Of a stretch of 64,000 bases of DNA, positions 23,620 to 36,400 are shown one piece after another (the stretch's first letter is position 1; each line of letters opens with the position of its first letter). Source of the DNA: Penicillus capitatus (taxonomy: Eukaryota > Plantae > Chlorophyta); the NCBI GenBank assembly GCA_965649825.1, contig OZ287701.1:1291101-1355100 (forward strand), read 5' to 3'. A program made the position numbers and the translations under genes. The notes beneath the pieces are model-generated. The model worked only from the letters and a program-made list of their open reading frames with translations. It had not been told where the DNA came from and searched no databases.

Positions 23620-26600
23620 AACTAACTTCTTGTTGCGGAAGGCTTTGCGAATTGGGAAGCGGCGATCAATGGACGAATAGAGTTCACGAAATCACTACCG
23701 TCTAGCGACTATATCATTCAAGTAGATGAACCAGACAACTGTGTAGTCACTCACCCGCCGGAGCAAGTAGGAGTACTAGAATCAAAAGTCAATGAAGACA
23801 GCCGGCCAGACGATATACTCGCAATTGCAGTAGCCGAGCAGTATACCGCAAATGTTAACAATACTATCATCGCCTGGAAGCTCACAAGAAAGAAAGAAAT
23901 TGGCGGGGATGTGTCGGACATCGTGCTCCGCGGTCGCGCACACGCGTAAAGGCGAGCGGAGGGAAGAACAGTGTTGAGCCAATGCAAAGACTGATAACAC
24001 GGTGCGTTCGGTCAGCTAAATACCCCGGCGCACGCGAACTGCTGTCACGTCAGGAAGCGGACGCCAATCAATAAGGCGAAGGTGCTGGCGAGCATCCGGG
24101 CAAGTTTACACTCCCAAAGCGATCTCCTCCAAAGCGAGACCCGGCCGCAGCGTCTCGGCATCACAGCCAAAAAGGACGACATGCAGAAAGGAGCTTACGC
24201 AATCGTTTAATGTTAGTAAAGACATGCATTACATTTAACAATGGTGGCTCAAATGGAGACTCGACGGACACCAAGTGGACTGGTTTAAACAAGACTGGTT
24301 CCCGGGCAGAAGTCTCTATCGAGCGGCCAAACTCTCAGCATATCCCGGAGAGCAGTCGTAGGGACAACCTTGAAGTTCGATGATCGTCTATATTTGGTCT
24401 CAACCATCTTACGCTCAAGCAGCCGCCAAAACCCCTCCTGTCACCCCCAAAAAGCAGAGCTCAGCTCAGATGAACTCCCGCCGGGTGGAACTGCAACAAC
24501 GCCGAGCAGCTGCCTTTGGGGAGGCCAGGAAGAAGCTCCGAGACGATCTCAGATCCTTCCGCCTACAACCGTTAGGGAATACTCCAGAGGCAGGAGCGAG
24601 CTTAGTTGGCAGACAGCTCCTTGATCGTCTAGACCTGAGAGGTCAAGCCAAGATAGAAGACGTCAGACGGGATTCGAGACGTGGACTGTATATTCAATTC
24701 GATGCGGCAAGTCTCGCAAAGGTGGAACAGAAATTGAAAGAAATGGAACGCTCCGGCCACGATCCTTTCGTGGAAGGCTTATCCTTGAAGGGTCTGGGGA
24801 ATTATGCGTTGGGACCCCCTCGTGAGTGCACTACGCGCGGAATGAAGCCAGCAGTTCTGACAGGAATCCCGCTGGATTGGGAGGAAGAAGACACTCTCGA
24901 TGAGATCATCCAACAGAACGCCGCCAGATGGAACTTTCCACCGGATCAGTTAGACCCAGAAAATAGGAGCCAACACATCAAGATAGACCAGAGGCTCAAC
25001 CGCAGACAGGAAGATGGTGCATGGACGCCCTCGACGGCACTCAATCTATGGCTGAGCGAGGAACTTTGGCTGAGGATCCAGAAGGACGGAGAAGCTTTGC
25101 AGTTTGAGTACAGGATCCATGAAGTGCGAGAGTACTCCCGTGGTGCTAGGAGCAACGTCCGGGGTTCGGCCACAAAGACCCCCCTGCCCATGACACACCC
25201 TACCTCGCCTAACGAGATCAGCCCCCGTGATCAGGCTAATAATTCAAACAGCTCCTGTAGGACTCCCGCACAGCTCCCTCCCTCAGACGCAACTCTTCTC
25301 AAAGGCTGGCAAATAAACATGCACAACAGCCAACGAGAGCTGGACATCCTCTCGAAACATTTGGATGAAGACCGACAGGTAGGGGTGGTGGCGATCTGTG
25401 AACCGCCTTGGTTCCTGCGCAGAGGCGGCGCTATCCCTCGGTTCCGGACTGTCCGAGCACTGGCGCGCTCAGAGGAAGAGAAACTCGCGATCTGGATCAT
25501 CAGAGAAGATCTGGACGCAGCTCGGATCCCGCTGAACAATGAAAGATTAGCCGCGGTGATTCTCAGAACGCGCGCTCAGAAAAAGATTACCTTGGTGTCA
25601 GCCTACATTCAACCCATGACGGGCGCCGGGTGGCTAGCGCTCAGGACATGGCTAGAGGGACAGAAAGAAGACCAGGATACTAGGTACAACGCCATCTGGC
25701 TCACCGGGGACTTCAACTCAAGACACCCGATGTGGGGACCCGCCACAGCGCCGATTACTAACGTGGCAGAGGAAATTATCTCGGTGATGGATGAACTGGA
25801 TTTCAGCCTGCACAACCAAACGGAGGCCCCAGCCACCTTCACCGGGGTAGCAGGTGAAAGTCATATAGACCTTTCCCTTTCCCGAAACATGCCGTCTTCG
25901 GTCAGCTGGTGTGTACGAGACGACCTGGAATCCTTGTCGGACCACCGGATCACGGAGACAGAATTTCTCCTTGACAACGATCGGATAAACCAAGGTGCCC
26001 CGAGAAAAAGATGGCGTCATGCAGATTGGCCTCAGATCGAAAAAGCCTTGGACCGCTTGCAGCCTCATCTAGCCACTCCCAACGCTATTCTGAACTCAGC
26101 CTCGGAAGCGGCCTTCGACAGCCAAATGAACGCCCTGCAGATCGAGCTGAGCAAGGCAGCAGCCCCGCATGTGCCTCAAGGCAGGCCCTCCTCACAAAGG
26201 AAGCACTGGTGGAATGAGGATGTTGCCCGGGCTCATTCGACATTAAAGAAGGCCAAGAGGAAAGGAAAAGACACAGAAGAACACATGGCTGCATACCGGA
26301 CTGTCTTCTGGAAGAGATTGCCGCGGCGAGGTCACACCTCCAATCCGCTATCCGAGGACGAAAGAGAGAAGCCTGGAGAGAATTCCTGGCTGACAACAGT
26401 AGCACAACCAGGGACCTCTGGTCAACGTACAAAAGACTGACGAATCCGATCGGAGCAGAGAAGATTGCTTTCCTAACAACAGGGAATGGAGACCTTGTGG
26501 AAGACCCGTCCCAGATCAGTGAATTATTATTCCAAAAGTTCTTCCCGACCAACCCCAATGCAGAAGTGTAGAGAACATACGAGGTAGTAAGCTCCCCTCC

Positions 26601-29150
26601 ACACGTGTCGGTTGCCGAAGCTAGAAGAGCCTTTATGGGCGGACGACCGTTTGCCGCCCCTGGCCCTGATGGACTCCCCAAGGCCTTGATATCACGTGCC
26701 TTCCGGAAATTTCCAGAGGTGTTTGCGGCCATTGCCACAAGGTCGCTTGAACTGGGCTTCCTTCCACGGTCTTGGCAGCAATCTGAGGTCATCTGCATCC
26801 CGAAGAAAGCAAATCCTAACAAGGAACTAGCGCTTCTGGGCCCAATAAACCTCATTGGCTCGATTGCAAAATGTGTGCACCAGATTGTCGCGCAGCGACT
26901 GACACAGTTTCTCGAGTCAACGAACGGCCTCTCCTGCAGACAGTTCGGTTTTAGAGTGGGGAGAGGGGTAGTGGACGCTCTGGTGGAATCCACGGACTTT
27001 ATCGAACGGCACACAGGGACAGGCCGCGCAGTATATGGGGTAACTCTGGATATCAAAGGGACCTTTGATAGCATTCGACCCTCGGCGATACTGGATGCTC
27101 TTGAACGTCTCGACACACCCCATACCTCATGCGCTGGATACAAGCTTTTCTCAGTAACAGAAAGCCAAGCTGGATCTCGAAAGGGGAAGCTTCACACACG
27201 CCCCGTCTATTGGGACGCCGCAGGGAAGCCCATTATCCCCTCTGCTTTTCATCATAGGCATGGATCCGATCCTGGAACTGGCCCAAGACATAGAGGCCCT
27301 GCACATACAAGCCTATGCTGATGATATTCTGGTCCTTAGCACAGCTCCGACTGAAAGGTCAGCGCAGATAAAGCTTCAGGAGACTCTAGACCGCATGAAC
27401 ACTTGGGCTCAAGATAGAGGTCTGATCTTCGCTCCAGAGAAATGTTTTCAGATCCGATTCGTGAAAAGAAGAAGACGGATTGACACTTTCCCCGTATTCC
27501 TACGTGGTCAGCAACTCAACAAGAAAGCCGCAATCATGTACCTCGGAGTATGGCTGGATGAGACGACCTCCTGAAGCACGCAAGTGGCCAGCGCAGCTGG
27601 GAAAGTCCGCACGCGCCTGGACTGGATTCGGCGAATGACAGGCCCGACCTGGGGCATGTTACCTGAAGCCGTTGAGAAGCTGGTCAGCAGGGTTATCGAA
27701 CCAGCTGCATATTTCGGGGCAGAAGTTTGGCAAAGGGCAGCTGACAATGAACGGACAGTTAGTCCTCTGGAGACAGCCATGAGACAGGCATGCTTACTTC
27801 TAGCTGGAACTTTTAGGACTACCTCATACCCCTCAGCCTACTCGCTCGCAGGGGTTCGCCCGCCCGCACAACAAATTGTGCAACAAGAGCTGCACTTTGA
27901 TTCCAGAAGAAGACACAGAATGCCGGCTATCCCGATGTTTCTTCAAGCAAGAACCGAACGCTCAGCTGGTCAATGCTACCGCAGAATTGCGTGGTCCCGA
28001 TGGCAGAGAGCTACCCCTAGAAGGCCTCTGGAAATCCCACCTCAACGGATACACCCATGGTCTCCGATCCCGCCCTCTCAACTCGAACTCCTTTCAGGCC
28101 CCGCCTCGATACCGGTCTATGAACGCCCAGACTGGATATTGTCTGTATCGACGCAACAAGACAGAACCCGTCACCGCCTCGGCACCAGCTGGGGACTCTT
28201 TCAAGGAGGCAACAGACAGGGATAAAGCTGGTGGGATCCTGACTGGACGTCGGTGGAGCTCTCCACGCTTGTGGGTCTGCGCAATGGTCTGCGTACCCTA
28301 AAAGAGTGGCTGACCTCGACAGCGCCGAATCGAAGACAAAGCCTGGTAGTAATCGTCGACTCGAACCGAATCCAGAAAGCAGCTCTAAGTTGGTCCAACG
28401 TCTCAGAAACCGGCATTCAGATACAACAAGAACTTCTCGATTGGTCCATGGATGGCCACTCGATCTTCTGGGCAACTCAGAAATGGAAACCCGGTCTGTT
28501 CCCAGCCCTGTCAGAGTGGAGACGTGCAACTGCTATCACAGAAGACAGCAGCAGCGGCCCAAAGGGCATTCCCCCGGACAGATCATGGATCAAGCACCGA
28601 ATAGCGCACTTTCTGAACAATGAGGCAGCAAAGGACATCAAGCAGCGAAATACCAGCTTCCATCTGACGGCGTTTCTGACGAATTTTCGACGAGGGCACT
28701 TCCCTGGGAAATACCTAGAGAGACCCCAGGCTTCCAGACTTTCGCAGTTCGCAGCGAACCACTTCCCTTCGAAACAGTACCTCTTCAGATTTGGAGCCCT
28801 GGCTGAATCTCCGGCATGCTCATGTGGGGCGGCGCAAGAAGACAGAAATCATCTCTTACTGGAATGCCCTTTGTTTCACGAAGCACGAAGGAAGCTCCAG
28901 CGACAGATACCGGGAACGCTCTCAACTGCGTGCATCTTCCAGTTTCCGAAAGAGATGTCGGAGTTCGTAGAAGGCATCAGTGACCAGTGGAGACAAGCAG
29001 GAAGAAGATGGTGCAACATCTAATCCAGTCTGTCTCGAAACCTTAATCCAGGGATGAATGACACTTTTAATACATAGATACTTTGTTCACACCTAATGTA
29101 CAGACGCACTCCTGATCTTCACAAAAAGGAGTTGTAAAAGCTCACAATCA
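23620..29150 (+). mobile_element. Decayed non-LTR retrotransposon (APE endonuclease-RT-RNase H-like-CCHC); boundaries approximate
   Basis: EN motifs QINMH, VAICEP, GDFNSRH, IDL, SDH. RT motifs APGPDG, QFGFR, LDIKGTFD, PQGSPLSP, YADD (27314). C-terminal C-x-C-x7-H-x4-C. No clear poly(A) tail or TSD seen. Confidence 0.93.
24380..29023 (+). pseudogene. LINE ORF1/ORF2 coding region disrupted by frameshifts and stops
   Basis: Frameshifts near 26320, 27120 and 27205; in-frame TAG 26569, TGA 27572, TAA 28223. Confidence 0.88.
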
Positions 29151-30432
29151 AAAACAAAGATCTGGGTATTTGACCGTCTGCTGCGTCCATTCGATATGCT
29201 CTGAGGCATTAAACATCTCGGCCCCTTCACGGCCCAACTCGACTATAAATAACCGTTATCCTTGGCAAGTCTTCGAAGAGGTCGTTCGTTTTGCATTGAC
29301 AGTAGGAAAGAGCTCCATCGTTTCTTGTTCTTTAAAACGACGCCGAGCGAATCTACATCAGTTGCTCTTGGGCTATCCATCGGAAAGACCGAACAAACTT
29401 GTTTCGTTGAGGATCTCTGGAGGGAAAAGGACAGCAAACATTCCGAATCGTAGTTCTTCCTCCTTTCTTTGGCATCTCTAGTTCAGTTATTCTAGTAGCG
29501 CCCATTTCCAGTAGTTGGAAACCTTGGTCAAATGCAGCCACCGCCTGGGCATCTTTTCTGATCCCCTGTCGACACCTGCACCAAATCTGACCTCACGAGC
29601 TTTTCTGTCAAACCGCAGGGTATCATCTTGTTGACGCGTCGTTGGTCTGTTAGCTTTATTGCAAAGCTTAGGTCGAGATTACCGAGCTCTTATGCTTTTC
29701 TTTTTACCTACCGCATTCAGCGATTCAAATGTCCGCCGATGCTCCGTGTTCTTTCGATGCTCGCTCGTCGCACATAAAAAGATTATTCGAAAAAATGTGC
29801 GTCCACCCTTCTCCGAATACAAGTGAAATGGATACCTTCCTTGTTACTTAGACGAATCTGATGCAATAAGCGGACAGTAGCCATCTCGAATTTGCTGCAA
29901 ACGCGTCATCATCGCGGATCGACATGGGATGTGGAGATTCTGTGCACAACAAGCTTTGCTTGTAGGAACGACTCTCCCTTCCCGACGCGCCATGAACGTG
30001 CCAACATTTTGATCGCTTCATCCGTAGCACTGTAAGATGTCGCGAACCTTGCCAATTTGTGATGCATTCTTTAATGGCTAAACAACTCTCCTCTTAAAAA
30101 TGCAGTCCATTTTCAAACCACGACCATCGATACCGATACATACTAGAGCGACGTGGATGTACTTCGATCCATTCAGTAAGGCGCCCGAATTACACGTCCG
30201 GCAAATGACAACACACGCCAGACGAGCCACAATATCATATCTGGTTGCGATACGTGGAACAAGAGACGCCCCGAGACATGCAAATCTTCTTCGACTGACC
30301 GAAACATTAAGGAAAGTGGTTCTCTCCATCATCAAGACACCGACGACAAATAATGGCATAAAATCATGTAAGCGTTGGTGTGTCTCGATCGCTTGAGTTC
30401 TGCAAGCGTTTATTCGGAAAGCGTCCATTCGT

Positions 30433-33400
30433 TCATTCTTGTATCAAAAGGTTTTCAAGCAAGCCTGGAAACTTCTCTTCGAAATGTTTCTTCAAATGCC
30501 CGAGATACTCGTCGAGAGTCTCCCCTTCCCAGCGCCCAATCTCATGCGATGAGAACGCATGCAACACAAGGGGAACCTTCTTCTCTTTTGTGGAAGGATC
30601 CAGTGTAAACGAGTTCTGGACGAAGATGAGCAAGAGGTTGTTCTTTAAGGCAGAGATGCTTGATGGAGGAATCCAATCAAGTCTCGAATCGCTTAGTGCT
30701 GTTTCCGGATTCCGCTGCATGGAGGAGTGTTCGCTGTAACATCGTTTCTGAAGCATCGGCAACAGTTCGCCAATGGCGTACAGAGCCTTCTCGACGAGTC
30801 CCCTGATAGCCTCCAACGCATTCGAACGCATATCGTTGTGTTCGTCGATGCACCCTCTCTCCAGCATCGGTACGAGTGTGCCGACAAGATTCGTCGCCGT
30901 TCCAACAGCCTTCAACGCATTCAAACGAACATCTCTGTGTTGGTCGACGCACCCTCGCTCGAGCATTGGCATAAGCTCACTCACGAGTTGCGGCGCTGCC
31001 TCAATGACCAAGCCGACGGCCTCTATAGCTCTCAGACGCACAAAGAAATCCTCGTCGCTCTGAACAATTGCAAACAGAGGCAAAAGTTTATCCGCGATGT
31101 GTGGCGCCGCCCCAACAACCCTGCCGACGCACCCGATCGCGCTCCAACGCACGAAACACACCTCATCAGTGCACTTTCGATCAAGAAGCATCAGCAATTC
31201 GCCTGTGAGGTTTGGCGCCGCCTTAACGACCTCGAATACAGTCTCTATTGCATTTTGACGCACAAAGAAGTCTTGGTCGTCGCACCCACTCTCCAGCATT
31301 GGCATCAGTTGGTAGGTGAAGCACTCTTTCCCACTGAAAGCCTTGCCGACAGCCTTAATCGCATTCTGACGCACAAGAAAGTCTTCATCTTTGTATCCCG
31401 TCTCCAACAATTGTAGTAGTTTGTTAAGTATATGCGATGACTCAGTGATGACGTTTCCAATCGCCGTCGTCGCTGTTCGACGCACGTCCGAGTCATCGTC
31501 GCCGCAACCCATGGATAGATTTGGCAGCGCCTCGTCGGCGTGTTCGGGTGACACCACGACGACATTTCCAAGTACGGTCATCGCCGCTCGACGCACTCTC
31601 CGGCTTCCGTCGCCGCACAACTTATCCAGCGTCGGCAGCGCCTCGCCGGCGTGTTGAGGCACCGCCGCGACAACATTTCCAAGTGCCACCATCGCCCCTA
31701 GACGCACGTCCTCGTCTCCGTCGCCGCACAACTTATCCAGCGTCGGCAGCGCCCTGCCGGCTTGATGAGGCGCCGCCGCGACAACATTTTCCATTGCGGT
31801 CATCGCCGCCTGACGCACGCTCCAGTTTCCGTCGCCGCACAGCTCAGCCATCGTCGGCAGCGCCTCTCGGGCATGTTGAGCTACTGCCGCGACGACATTC
31901 TGAATTGCGAACATCGCCGCTTGACGCACTTCCTGGTCGTTGTCGTCGCACACTTTTGCCAGCGTCGGAAGCGCCACGCCGGCGTGTTGAGGCGCCGCCG
32001 CGACGACATTTCCAAGTGCTGTCATCGTCGCCTGACGCACTCTCCAGCTTCCGTCGCCGAACCCTTTAGACAGAATCGGCAGCGCCTCTTCTGCGTGTTG
32101 AGGCGCCGCTGCGACGACATTTCCAAGTACGGTCGTCGCCGCCTGACGCACGCTCCACCTTTCATCGCCGCACAACTTAGCCATCATCGGCAGCGCCTCG
32201 CTGGCGTGTTGAGGCGCCGCTACAACGACATTTCCAATTGCAAACATCGCCGCCTGACGCACGCTCCCGCTTCCGTCGTCGCACCCCTTGGACAGAGTAG
32301 GGAACGCTTCGCCGGCTTGATGAGGCGCCGCTTTGACGACATTTCCAATTGCGCTCATCGCCGCCTGACGCACGTTTCTGTTTAAGTCACAGCTCCTCTT
32401 AGACAGAGTCGGCAGCGCCTCGCTGGCGTGTTGAGGCGCAGCCGCGATGACATTTCGAATTGCGGTCATCGCCGCCTGACGCACGCTCCAGATTCCGTCG
32501 CCGCACGCCTTGGACAGTGCCGACAGCGCGCTGCAAGCTTGTTGAGGCGCCGCCGCGACGACATTTCCCATTGCGGTCATCGCCGCCAGACGCACGCTCC
32601 AGATTCCGTCGCCGCACCCTTTGGACAGAGTCGTCAGCGCCTCGCTGGCGTGTTGAGGCGCTGCCGCGACGACACTTCCAACTGCGGTCATTGCCGCCTG
32701 ACGCACGTCTTTGTCTCCGTCGCCGCACCCTTTTGACAGAGTCAGCAGCGCCTCGCCTGCGTGTTGAGGCGCCGCTACAACGACATTTCCAATTGCAAAC
32801 ATCGCTGCCTGACGCACGCTCCAGCTGCGGTCGCAGCTCCTCTTAGACAGAGTCGGCAGCGCCTCTTCTGCGTGTTGAGGCGCCGCTTTGACGACATTTC
32901 CAATTGCGGTCATCGCCGCCTGACGCACGCTCCAGATTCCGTCGCTGCACCCCTTGGACAGAGTCGGCAGCGCCTTGCTGGCCTGTTGAGGCGCCGCCGC
33001 GACGACATTTCCCATTGCGGTCATCGCCGCTTGACGCACGCTCCAGTTTCCGTCGCCGCACAGCTCAGCCATCGTCGGCAGTGCATCTCTGGCATGTTGA
33101 GCTACTGCCGCGACGACATTCTGAATTGCGAACATTGCCGCTTGACGCACTTCCTGGTCGTTGTCGTCGCACACTTTTGCCAGCGTCAGAAGCGCCTCGC
33201 CGGCGTGTTGAGGCGCCACCACGACGAGATTTCGAATTGCGAACATTGCCGCTTGACGCACGTCCTTGTCTCCGTCGTCGCACACTTTTGCCAGCGTCAG
33301 AAGCGCCTCGCCGGCGTGTTGAGGCGCCACCACGACGAGATTTCGAATTGCGAACATTGCCGCTTGACGCACGTCCTTGTCTCCGTCGTCGCACACTTTT

Positions 33401-36400
33401 GCCAGGTTCGGAAGCGACTCGCCGGCATGTTGAGGCGCCGCTACGGCGACATTTTCTAGTGCGCTCATCGCCGCCTGACGCACACTCCAGTTTCCGTCAC
33501 CGAACCCATTGGACAAAGTCGGCAGCGCCTCTTCCGCGTGTTGAGGCGCCGATTTGACGACATTTCCAATTGCGGTCATCGCCGCCTGACGCACTCTCCA
33601 ACTTCCGTCACCGAACCCCTTGAACAGAATCGGCAGCGCCTCTTCTGCGTGTAGAGGCGCCGCTGCCACGACATTTCCAAGTGCGTTCATTGCCGCCTGA
33701 CGCACGCTCCACCTTTCATCGCCGCACCCCTTGGACAGTGTCGGCAGCGCTTCTTCTGCGTGTTGAGGCGCCGCTGCGACGACATTTCCAATTGCCGTCA
33801 TTGTTGCCTGACGCACGCTCCGGCTTCCGTCGGCGCACAGCTCATCAAGCGTCGGCAGCGCCTGTCGGGCGTGTTGAGCTGCCGCCTCGACGACATTTCG
33901 AATTGCGAACATCGCCGCTTGACGCACGTCCTTGTCTCCGTCGTCGCACACCTTTTCGAGCGTGGGCAGCACCTTGCCGGTGTGTTGAGGCGCCACCGCG
34001 ACGAGATTTCCAAGTGCTGTCATCGCCGCTCGACGCACTCTCCGGCTTTCGTCGCCGCACAACTTAGCCATCGTTGGCAGCGCATCGACGGCGTGTTGAG
34101 GTGCCGCCTCGACGATATTTCCAAGTGCGGTCATTGCCGCCTGACGCACGTCTTTGTCTCCGTCGTCGCATACCTTTTCGAGAGTGGGCAGCACCTTGCC
34201 GACGTGTTGAGCTGCCGCCTCGACGATATTTCCAAGTGCTGTCATCGCCGCTCGACGCACTCTCCGGCTTTCGTCGCCGCACACCTTTTCGAGCGTGGGC
34301 AGCACCTTGCCGGCGTGTTGAGGCGCCGCTGCGACGACGTTTCCAAGTGCGGTCATTGCCGCCTGACGCACGTCCTTGTCTCCGTCGTCGCACCCTTTGG
34401 ACAGTGTCGGTAGCGCTTCGCCAGCTTGGTGAGGCGCCGCCGCGACGACGTTTCCAAGTGCGGTCATTGCCGCCTGACGCACGTCCTTGTCTCCGTCGTC
34501 GCACACTTTTGCCAGGTTCGGAAGCGACTCGCCGGCATGTTGAGGCGCCGCTACGGCGACATTTTCTAGTGCGCTCATCGCCGCCTGACGCACACTCCAG
34601 TTTCCGTCACCGAACCCATTGGACAAAGTCGGCAGCGCCTCGCTGACGTTTTGAGGTGCCGCCGCGACGACACTTCCTACTGCTGTAATCGCCGCCTGAC
34701 GCACTCTCCAACTTCCGTCGCCGCACCCTTTTGACAGAGTCAGCAGCGCCTCGCCTGCGTGTTGAGGCGCCGCCGCGACGACATTTTCAATTGCAGTCAT
34801 CGCTGCTCGGCGGACGTTCCAGCTTTCGTCACCGAACCCCTTGGACAGAGTCGGCAGCGCCTCTTCCGCGTGTTGAGGCGCCGATTTGACGACATTTCCA
34901 ATTGCGGTCATCGCCGCCTGACGCACTCTCCAACTTCCGTCACCGAACCCCTTGAACAGAATCGGCAGCGCCTCTTTTGCGTGTGGAGGCGCCGCTGCCA
35001 CGACATTTCCAAGTGCGGTCATTGCCGCCTGACGCACGTCGTTGTCTCCATCGTTGCAGCCTTTGGACAGTGTCGGAAGAACTTCGTCGGCGTGTTGAGG
35101 CAATTGTTCTGCGATGACACTCAACATTTCCATGCACTGTTTTTGAGTGCGCCGACTGTCGCCTTTCTCCACTTTACGCAATACGAATTGAATTATCATT
35201 TCACTTCGCTTCTGGTGATGGCTCATGAGCTTTAAGAGATCTGTGATTCTGGTCATTTCTTCACGTGTTAACTGATGCTCGCTCGTCAGCGTCTTTTTTA
35301 TTTCTTCGATGGTTTCATTGAGAATTTGAGGAAATGCTTCCAAGACGCGAGACAATTGTTGAAACTCTTGGACAACGATCTTGCGAATCGGAAGATCGTC
35401 TATAGTGCGCTTCAGCAGTTGACAGGCATTTTTTACGAGTTTGACCACTTGTCCGGCGTTTAAAAGTTCTTCCATATATTCTTCATCAGTTCCTTCTAGT
35501 GTTGCCTCGAGTACTCGCATCTTAGTGAAAAAGTGCTGTATCCCCAGAACTTCGATTGGTGCTTCGTCGACAAGCGAAAGCACCTCTTGCATTGCTAACT
35601 TGCTTCTCCTTTGTGCTAAGGAGTTCATAGCGAAGGAAAGTGTCAATGCGTGCTTTCGATTGTATTTTTCTTGTCGAATAAACTCCGCCACTCTATCTTC
35701 GTCCGATCCTTTTGTTCTCAGGGTTTTTGCGATGTATCTTGCAGTAAAGTATTGCTGAAACGATAGGTGAGGGAACTGATACTCTTGGCCCTCCGACACG
35801 GGCAAGAGGAGTCCACTATCTTCGAGAATTCGAGTTGCATTCTTCAACGTTGCGTGCTGCATAACAAATCTTCCTTGGACGACAATTAGTTTCTTAAGGA
35901 GCGATTCAAAGGCTATCTTCTCCATATCTCTGAGGAGTTCCGCTTTCTGAATGTTTTCTGTGGTTGGCTTCTCCTTGAATCTTTTCCAGGCAAAGTGTGT
36001 TATGTCGTTGTATATTTGGAACATGCTCGCTCTCTTTCCTCGTTCTTCCGTTGCGGTTCCGTGCTTCTTCGACAAGGAACAGAGAATGTTTGCTATCATT
36101 GGAATGTGCGCCATATCCCACAAAGCATTAGAGTCTTCGAGAAAGTGGATGAACCTCGGAGCCTCGTCTTCGGACATTTCGCTCTTTATGTAGTCTCTCA
36201 ACTGCTGATCGTCGAATCCAAGATACTCCACTTGGATATCGACGCGTGTTTCCACGTCTCTCGTGTTGTACGGACGAGAAAGAAACAGCACCTTGCAGGA
36301 TCGCTCCCATACGGTGGACAAGAGGTCGATCGCATGGTCATCTGTCTCTTCCAGTCCGTCAACCATGAGCAGCGTTGAAGGGTCGTCGAGATCGAGTTCC

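Noticed and set aside
24566-25150. Peptide VREYSRG appears twice in different frames of the LINE
   Set aside because: Different codons and no wider similarity; treated as chance.
26085-27143. 352-aa minus-strand ORF
   Set aside because: Antisense shadow of the LINE RT region; no recognisable motifs.
23600-29023. TAA/TAG-to-Gln recoding (known in some ulvophytes) to explain in-frame stops
   Set aside because: DDB1 ends at TAG and FKBP20-2 at TAA exactly where homologs end; the LINE also has TGA stops and frameshifts, so it is decay.
29150-30430. Short ORFs between the LINE and NLR-A
   Set aside because: No coherent gene model or family motif.
31391-35235. Many Arg-rich ORFs on both strands and a CRISPR-like periodic look
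   Set aside because: Alternate-frame shadows of the 117-bp coding HEAT repeats; no repeat-spacer structure or cas genes.
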